Part shown: in pieces, positions 58,033 through 64,000 of the stretch
Numbering within the stretch: position 1 is the first letter of the stretch
Layout: the number at the start of each line of letters is the position of its first letter
NCBI GenBank assembly: GCA_965207725.1
Contig: OZ242290.1
Span: forward strand, 861,025 to 925,024
Source: Leptonemataceae bacterium
GTDB lineage: Bacteria > Spirochaetota > Leptospiria > Leptospirales > Leptonemataceae
Reading direction: 5' to 3'
DNA length: 64,000 nt
Notes under the pieces: generated by a model
Databases searched by the model: none
Told to the model about the DNA's origin: nothing
Seen by the model: the letters and a program-made list of their open reading frames with translations, nothing else
Position numbers and translations under genes: made by a program

Positions 58033-59400
58033 TTGATGAATCTCTATAAGAGTAAATTTTATTGTGAGCAAGAAAAAATAAAACCGCCAACGGTTGTGGA
58101 TTTCGTTGCTCTTTATTCTTGGTTTGTCAAACATCAGCGAAAATTAGTTTTTCGCCGTTCAAAAAATCCCTATTACGTGTATCTGAGTGAGGTGATGCTT
58201 CAACAAACCCGTGTGGACAGATTGAATAAATACTTCACCATTTTTATCAATCGATTTCCGACGATAAAAAAGTTAGCCTTTGCACATTTGCCAAGCGTGC
58301 TCCGCTATTGGAGCGGTCTGGGTTACTACATGCGTGCAAAGAATCTGCATCAGAGTGCAAAAATTATTGTAAAAAACTATGGTGGTCAAATTCCGAATAA
58401 TTTACCAGATTTATTGGCCTTGCCGGGTATCGGTGCCTACACTGCACGTGCTATTTTGAGTATTGCCTATCGGCAAAAATATGCGGTGGTGGATGCTAAT
58501 TTGAAAAGAGTGCTGGGTCGCTATTATCATCAGGATAAGGAGATTACGACTCTTGATTTTCAAAACTTGGCTGATCAATGGCTGGGACAAGGTCTCGTTG
58601 CTGGGAAAGAATTAGGATCCATCGATAGTGGTGTCCACAATGAAGCTTTAATGGAATTAGGAGGGGTGCTTTGTCTGCCCCGCAATCCCATTTGTGATGC
58701 CTGTCCATTGAGCAAAGGTTGTCAATATTCTTCTGGAAAAGCAAATCGAACAACAAACACAATCAAGTTGCAAAGAAATGCTATTCGCCAGGGCATTTCG
58801 AATAATGGAAGTATTAATAAAAAATCTTTTTTACGTATAGGATGGCATAGTGTCCTGATCTATTGCCATCCAGTGCCCACCGCAATGACAAGAAACTTGA
58901 TTTTGATGGTCAAGAGCCAGGAATTTCCGTTTCTTATTGATCATTGGCACTTGCCTTATTTTTTGTCGATCAGCGAACAGAATAAGCTAGATAGACCGAC
59001 GCAAAAAAAAGCGAAGGAAAAACTTCGGATTAATCAACTGCATGAAATGGTCGGTCAGTTGGTTGAACACTTTGCTCTGCCAATGGATATCGGACAAAAA
59101 AAAACCGGGCTCAGCCATCATGGAAAGTTTCGCCATAGCATTACCAGATACCAAATTAATGGAGATATCCGAGGCACCTTTGATAATTCAAAGTTACACT
59201 CAGAAATTTCTTTGGCGTATTTAACCAAGAAAGTATCAATGATTGATTTCCCGTTGGTTTTTTCTTGGCAACCCCTGCACATCTTACAGACCGCATCTAA
59301 TCTCAACAAAAAGATTGGAGATTGTATTTCTGCTGACAACCAATCGCCTGGGACAGCAAAAGCCAGCAATACTAGCAAATCCAAAAAATTTGTTCAATGA
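58033..59400 (+). CDS. mutY: A/G-specific adenine DNA glycosylase
   Basis: HhH-GPD core (PYYVYLSEVMLQQTRV...WSGLGYYMRAKNL...LPGIGAYTARAILSIAY) and a 4Fe-4S loop (CLPRNPICDACPLSKGC), plus a long C-terminal MutT-like domain. Confidence 0.7.
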   Translation: MMNLYKSKFYCEQEKIKPPTVVDFVALYSWFVKHQRKLVFRRSKNPYYVYLSEVMLQQTRVDRLNKYFTIFINRFPTIKKLAFAHLPSVLRYWSGLGYYMRAKNLHQSAKIIVKNYGGQIPNNLPDLLALPGIGAYTARAILSIAYRQKYAVVDANLKRVLGRYYHQDKEITTLDFQNLADQWLGQGLVAGKELGSIDSGVHNEALMELGGVLCLPRNPICDACPLSKGCQYSSGKANRTTNTIKLQRNAIRQGISNNGSINKKSFLRIGWHSVLIYCHPVPTAMTRNLILMVKSQEFPFLIDHWHLPYFLSISEQNKLDRPTQKKAKEKLRINQLHEMVGQLVEHFALPMDIGQKKTGLSHHGKFRHSITRYQINGDIRGTFDNSKLHSEISLAYLTKKVSMIDFPLVFSWQPLHILQTASNLNKKIGDCISADNQSPGTAKASNTSKSKKFVQ

Positions 59401-59531
59401 TCTATCGATAACTACAGGATATAATTGTTGTTTGAAGAAAGTACTACAGATTGAATAGTCGTCACTAGAAATTCTTATAAACTTTGACAAGCAGGTTCTT
59501 GCCCGAATAAGCGTACTGTACTCGAGATCAT

Positions 59532-60464
59532 ATGACGATTCTTTCCTTTCCTTTTTGGAAGCAGACTTTTTTGATAGCCGTTAAATCTGGCTATGTTGTC
59601 TTGAAGTGGATGCTACCGGCGATTATCGCTGTTCGCTTATTGGAGATATGGGGGATGGCAGATAATCTGGCCGGTGTATTTGCACCCTTTATGCAAGTCA
59701 TGGGTCTACCAGAGTGGACGGGTTTGGTCTGGGTAACGGCAATCCTGTCTAATCTTTATGGCGGCTTGGCAATATTGGTAAGCAGTAGTGAGACTTCGAC
59801 GTTGAGCGTCGCACAAATGAGTATTCTTTGCACGGTAATGTTAGTAGCCCATTCGCTACCGGTCGAGGCACGTATCACTCAAGCTTTGGGATTTCGTTTC
59901 TGGTCGATGATTGGCTTTCGTCTACTGGTTGCCTTTTCTTTGGGTATAGGATTAAATATTGTGTATACTTCGTTTGGTCTTTTACAGGAATCGGTTGTTT
60001 TTCAATGGGCATTGAATAATCAGAATAATCAGGATACGGAGGATGGCTTGATGCGATCGTTCGGACAGGAAACGATTTCTTTGCTCTGGTTGTTTACAAT
60101 AGTTGTGGTTCTTGTTATCATAATGGAGATATTTAAGAAAATACGAGTGATTTATTATTGTGAACTACTGATGCACCCCTTGTTACGAATGATGGGTTTG
60201 TCGCCAAATCTTTCCCATATTATGGCAGTCAGTGGATTGTTGGGACTCACGTATGGTAGTGGGCTCTTGATTGCAGAATCGCGCAAACAGAATTTCACGA
60301 ATCTCTACGTGGCCGTTGCATTTATTAGTATCTGTCATGCTTTGATTGAAGATACGATAATCATGGTTATGGCTGGTGCTCATTTATCTGCTGTTTTGTT
60401 CGCTCGCTTTTTTTTCAGTCTCTTAGTGGCAGTCATCCTGCTGAAATGGCCAACTGCGTCATAG
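59532..60464 (+). CDS. polytopic membrane protein with nucleoside-recognition (Gate)-like domains
   Basis: 310 aa with eight or more hydrophobic segments. The N-terminal region resembles Gate/SpmA-B-type nucleoside-transporter-associated domains, but the assignment is weak. Confidence 0.45.
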   Translation: MTILSFPFWKQTFLIAVKSGYVVLKWMLPAIIAVRLLEIWGMADNLAGVFAPFMQVMGLPEWTGLVWVTAILSNLYGGLAILVSSSETSTLSVAQMSILCTVMLVAHSLPVEARITQALGFRFWSMIGFRLLVAFSLGIGLNIVYTSFGLLQESVVFQWALNNQNNQDTEDGLMRSFGQETISLLWLFTIVVVLVIIMEIFKKIRVIYYCELLMHPLLRMMGLSPNLSHIMAVSGLLGLTYGSGLLIAESRKQNFTNLYVAVAFISICHALIEDTIIMVMAGAHLSAVLFARFFFSLLVAVILLKWPTAS

Positions 60465-60745
60465 TGGATCTTCTATATCATAAGAAATAAGACTTGATAA
60501 TGCTTCTCTCGGAGGAACCAACATGTAGAGAATTTGAGGTGGTTACAGTAAAATCAAAGACAGTAGCTTCGGTGCTATTTTATTTGTAATGGATTGCATT
60601 GTTATTTTTTACTGGGCAGTAAATGGTTCTTTTTTGATTCTATTACATGAGTTTTGGCTAAACAAAGTTTGATTTATCTGAATCTATCAGAACCATACAG
60701 AATAATTATGGAGATAACTCAGGCAAGAGTCATCAGTGGACTGTC

Positions 60746-61624
60746 ATGAAAATCCGTCAAAAACGAGAAAAATCGTCTAATTCTATGAGGGTATTTGTAC
60801 TCAGAGGCATCATGATCCTCATGGTGATTTTCCCTTTACAATCAGCTCTACAAGCACAAATTCTTTTAGCAGAACCAAATTGGCTAACGCTCCAGTTGAT
60901 GCATTTGATTCCAGAACAATCATTGCATGATAGGGCAAATAGTGAGTACGAACAAATACTGAGGTCTGCCAAAGAAAAGAATCTCATTGTTCGAGAAACC
61001 CAAAAACCGGCAGTTCACATCCGAGCAATCGCTGAACGAATAATAGCTCGAGTGCCAGCGAGCGGCTATCACCTGGCCAAAGATTGGGATTGGCTCGTGA
61101 CAACGATCGATAATCCAACAATGAATGCATTTTGTTTGCCCGGCGGTAAGATTATTATTTTTACCGGTCTCATCAACAAACTCGCCTTAAATGAAGAAGA
61201 AATTGCCATTGTTTTAGGGCATGAGATTGCTCATGCCTTGCGTCAGCATAGTCGGATTCAACTGATAAAATCACTTGGTACGCGAATACTTTTGTTGATA
61301 GCCAGCTATTTATTGGGGCTCGGCGATCTGGGGATGCTTGCTGCCGATTACGGTAGTCATCTGCTCAGTTTAAAATACGGACGGGATGACGAAGAGGAAG
61401 CCGATTTGCTGGCGATTGAATTGTCTGCTAGAGCGGGCTACAATCCACAGGCGGCTTTGAGCCTCTGGCAAAAAATGTCTGATTATGAAACCGCCAACGC
61501 GGCAATTGGCTCTTCATCTTCTTTGGAATTTTTATCGACTCATCCGACTTCAAAAAGCCGAATGACCGTTATTAGAGAAAACTTAGCCAAAGTAATGCCT
61601 TTGTATCGCCAATCTCAAAAGTAA
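60746..61624 (+). CDS. M48-family zinc metalloprotease (HtpX/BepA-like), exported
   Basis: Signal peptide, an HExxH motif VLGHEIAHALRQH, and a downstream EEEAD third-ligand region typical of M48. Confidence 0.8.
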   Translation: MKIRQKREKSSNSMRVFVLRGIMILMVIFPLQSALQAQILLAEPNWLTLQLMHLIPEQSLHDRANSEYEQILRSAKEKNLIVRETQKPAVHIRAIAERIIARVPASGYHLAKDWDWLVTTIDNPTMNAFCLPGGKIIIFTGLINKLALNEEEIAIVLGHEIAHALRQHSRIQLIKSLGTRILLLIASYLLGLGDLGMLAADYGSHLLSLKYGRDDEEEADLLAIELSARAGYNPQAALSLWQKMSDYETANAAIGSSSSLEFLSTHPTSKSRMTVIRENLAKVMPLYRQSQK

Positions 61625-61759
61625 AAATTGAGGGCAGTGGTTAGGGCTTATCCCAATGGTGAGTTATTTGGTATAATTATCTATCATTGGGGAATCTCTA
61701 GAAAATTTCTTGACAACCATAATTAGAATTGCAATTTGCAATAGTTATCTGCGTTACAA

Positions 61760-61832
61760 TCCCCTGTAGCTCAGCTGGTAGAGCAGTTGGCTGTTAACCA
61801 ATTTGTCGTAGGTTCGAATCCTACCGGGGGAG
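61760..61832 (+). tRNA. tRNA-Asn (anticodon GTT)
   Basis: Cloverleaf folded by hand: acceptor TCCCCTG/CGGGGGA, D-arm GCTC-AGCTGGTA-GAGC, anticodon stem GTTGG/CCAAT with loop CTGTTAA, variable loop TTGTC, T-arm GTAGG-TTCGAAT-CCTAC, discriminator G. It is followed by a T6 run. Confidence 0.85.
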
Positions 61833-61916
61833 CACTTTTTTGGAGGGAGATGATTGAAAGCTGGTAGTGGCGTTTGAATTTTTAGATATGTTTTTAGAAT
61901 GAGCTTCTTCCCATTC

Positions 61917-62693
61917 TTATTTATAGTTCTTAAAATGAATATCTATCTCATCTCTCATTTCGATACCTACCTCTGTAAAGCATTCGATTAAAGCGTCATA
62001 GGTATTGTCACCACCGAGGAAATCCCAAAACTCATTAGCTACTTTCAATTCTTTTTTTAAGTCGAACATCCCCGCCATAGTCCATCTGCTATAAGCTTTT
62101 GGGTAATAGGGGTTATAAGGGATGGCTATGAGACTATGGATTCTTTTTTCTTTATTTTTTTCATTGAGCAAGGCAATTGCAATCCATTCAAGTAAGGTTC
62201 TTTTAAAAACAGAAAAACCACTTTTGTTAGGCTTTGCTGTTTTTATGTCTATTAAGAAAATATTCTTTTTATAATCTTCTAAGTAAATATCTGCTTTAAT
62301 TGGCTTTATTTTATTTAGCTTTCCTTTGTTAAAAACTTCTCTAATAGTATTAATTTCTTTGCATTTGTTGGGATTTCCATTACTACTCAATTGATTTATA
62401 ATATCAGAAATAACTCTATTACTTTCTGTACTAATACAATTTCCTACAGCAACTTGTCTTGAAACAACTTTAAATTTTTTCTGGGCTAGTTTCTCAGCAA
62501 CAGGTTCAAAAATAGAAGTTCCAAAAGCTGTATTTAGAGAGTGGATAAACTGATATAGAGCTAGTCGATCTTTCCCTATCAGACTTGTATGAAAAGGCAT
62601 ATGAGCAGGCTCTGGATTGTAAGATTTGAATTTCTTGCGTAAACAATTTCCAATAATTTCCTTTAAGCTGTTTCGTTCTTCTTTTGAAAGCAC
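61917..62693 (-). CDS. type II restriction endonuclease candidate (TdeIII-like, PD-(D/E)xK)
   Basis: 258 aa. Candidate catalytic motif ADIYLEDYKK...FLIDIKTAKPN (D...(D/E)xK). It overlaps the upstream MTase gene by 1 nt, and the region is very AT-rich and next to a tRNA. The family assignment comes from memory of the TdeIII-type motif, not from a search. Confidence 0.45.
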   Translation of the reverse strand: MLSKEERNSLKEIIGNCLRKKFKSYNPEPAHMPFHTSLIGKDRLALYQFIHSLNTAFGTSIFEPVAEKLAQKKFKVVSRQVAVGNCISTESNRVISDIINQLSSNGNPNKCKEINTIREVFNKGKLNKIKPIKADIYLEDYKKNIFLIDIKTAKPNKSGFSVFKRTLLEWIAIALLNEKNKEKRIHSLIAIPYNPYYPKAYSRWTMAGMFDLKKELKVANEFWDFLGGDNTYDALIECFTEVGIEMRDEIDIHFKNYK

Positions 62694-64000
62694 TATTCCC
62701 GCTCTCTCAAATGAAAAATAATTTCACAATAAGCATTATTTCTATTCTTTTCAGTTCGATTTAAGACAGGTCTCTTAAATTGATTGATGATTTGCATATT
62801 TGCTTCTTTTGCAATAATAGGATAAAGATTATACTTGTCATTGGCAACCAAAAAAACATTGTAATTCTTGGTGAGTAGCTTTTTTGAATGAATTAATACT
62901 CTGGCTATTTCTTCAATATACATTTTCCTTGCTGTTTCTTTCTGTCCTTTTGCAAGGGAACCGATTTCTGCTTTATCTCTTCTCGGAAAGCCAAATAGCT
63001 CATATGCATAAGCGTGTTGCTCGTGATAATCAATGAGCCCGACATAAGGAGGGCTTGAAAAGATTCCTTGAATTTTTTTTCTCAGAATCAGCTTTGTGAA
63101 GGCAGGATTTTCTTTTTGGAGAACTTGTACTAGATCAATATTTTTTGCATTACCTGTTAAACAGCTCTGATGTGTCTTTGTTCTCAACATTCGAAAATCC
63201 TGATACCTTTTAATTGTGTCTTTACAGTAGCGATTCCACCAATTTTCCAAAGAAAAAAGAGGTTTACACATTTTCCCATGCTTTTTACAATAATAGGGAG
63301 CTAACTGTGGTTCTATTAATGTTGTTAGGTCTGCATGGGTTGTGGCTCGACAAGATCGCATAGTCCTACTTAAAATAAGTTTTAATACATTTTTCAATGG
63401 GCTTTCTTCTTTTTCAATTTGCCTAAGAGTATAATGAGCTTGATCTAAAATATGAGGGATATACCATTTATTTAGGAAGGTATTGCGGACAGAATTTTTT
63501 AAATGGATATCATATTTTTCAACAAGGAAAAAATATTCCTCCAATAGGGCTTTTTCCTTTTCTCGGGCGTAATTTCTTTCATCAACTATTTTTTGTCTTA
63601 CCTTAATTTTGAAAGAGGGAGAGGGAAAATATTTAAGATTAATCTCCTGTATTTTCTTGATTAATTCTTGATCAAAGGCAATAAATCGTGTCTTAGCAAA
63701 TTTAGTACGTAAATTATTTGAGATTCGAGTACAAGCAATTCTTAGTTTAGAAATATCAACATTTAATAGCTTATTTTTTGCTATAAAAGTATTAAAGTAA
63801 GAAATGTCAATACCAATTCCGTTAAGTCCCATTTCATTGGCTTGAATGAGCGTAGTTCCACTGCCACTAAAAGGGTCTAAAATAATATCCTCTTTTTCAA
63901 AAAAAGTCTCTCTCTTAAAATTATCCGTTTTATCGTTCAAAAAATATTCTACTAACTGAGGAATAAACTTCCCCTTATAAGGATGAAGACGATGAACATG
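62693..64000 (-). CDS. DNA amino-methyltransferase (N4-C/N6-A; motifs DPFSGSGTT and SPPY), 5' end beyond window
   Basis: Motif I-like DPFSGSGTT sits near the window edge and motif IV SPPY lies about 280 aa downstream. The reading frame stays open for all 20 codons upstream of the ORF-track TTG start, out to position 64000, so the gene is truncated by the window. Confidence 0.7.
   Translation of the reverse strand, partial: HVHRLHPYKGKFIPQLVEYFLNDKTDNFKRETFFEKEDIILDPFSGSGTTLIQANEMGLNGIGIDISYFNTFIAKNKLLNVDISKLRIACTRISNNLRTKFAKTRFIAFDQELIKKIQEINLKYFPSPSFKIKVRQKIVDERNYAREKEKALLEEYFFLVEKYDIHLKNSVRNTFLNKWYIPHILDQAHYTLRQIEKEESPLKNVLKLILSRTMRSCRATTHADLTTLIEPQLAPYYCKKHGKMCKPLFSLENWWNRYCKDTIKRYQDFRMLRTKTHQSCLTGNAKNIDLVQVLQKENPAFTKLILRKKIQGIFSSPPYVGLIDYHEQHAYAYELFGFPRRDKAEIGSLAKGQKETARKMYIEEIARVLIHSKKLLTKNYNVFLVANDKYNLYPIIAKEANMQIINQFKRPVLNRTEKNRNNAYCEIIFHLRERE

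Noticed and set aside
1-64000. CRISPR arrays, IS elements, transposases, integrases and prophage genes
   Set aside because: I looked for regularly spaced direct repeats and for DDE/tyrosine-recombinase-like ORFs and found none in the window. The tRNA-Asn island may carry an integrase beyond 64000.

Overview
This is a 64 kb window from an AT-rich chromosome, roughly 38-40% GC by eye, and almost certainly a diderm (Gram-negative type) bacterium. It carries Mla lipid-transport genes, a GT9 heptosyltransferase, a TolC-like outer-membrane protein and OmpA, so it makes LPS and has an outer membrane. Gene density is high, genes run on both strands, and A/T homopolymers of 8-11 nt are frequent even inside intact genes. 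Most of the window is core metabolism: purB, aroC plus DAHP synthase, trpS, hisS, hisF, hisE, ppdK, ychF, mpl, uvrC, mutY, a UDG, cbiC, cobL, a CbiL-like methylase, tpx, RidA, an M48 peptidase, Hsp20, and a radical-SAM MqnC/MqnE-like enzyme. Signalling genes include a 7TM class III adenylate cyclase and a GAF-GGDEF protein. That combination (cyclase, GAF-GGDEF, PPDK, cbi genes, Maf-like plus DegT pair) is reminiscent of spirochaetes such as Leptospira, but the lineage call is low confidence. Two regions look accessory or novel. The first, at 34.5-42.3 kb, is a five-gene same-strand cluster of uncharacterised proteins with its own sigma70-like promoter and a strong RBS. It includes a lipoprotein-VWA-TM-FHA protein and an 861-aa cytoplasmic-domain-TM-LysM protein, which suggests a possible envelope-spanning phospho-signalling or structural module. 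The second, at 61.8-64.0 kb, is a very AT-rich restriction-modification island (a TdeIII-like endonuclease plus an amino-methyltransferase that runs off the window edge) directly downstream of tRNA-Asn. Other notable items: a TolC-family gene split by two frameshifts at homopolymers, a STAS(MlaB)-MlaE fusion inside an mla operon wedged between hisS and hisFE, a perfect sigma54 promoter upstream of hsp20, and a 14-bp perfect-stem bidirectional terminator.
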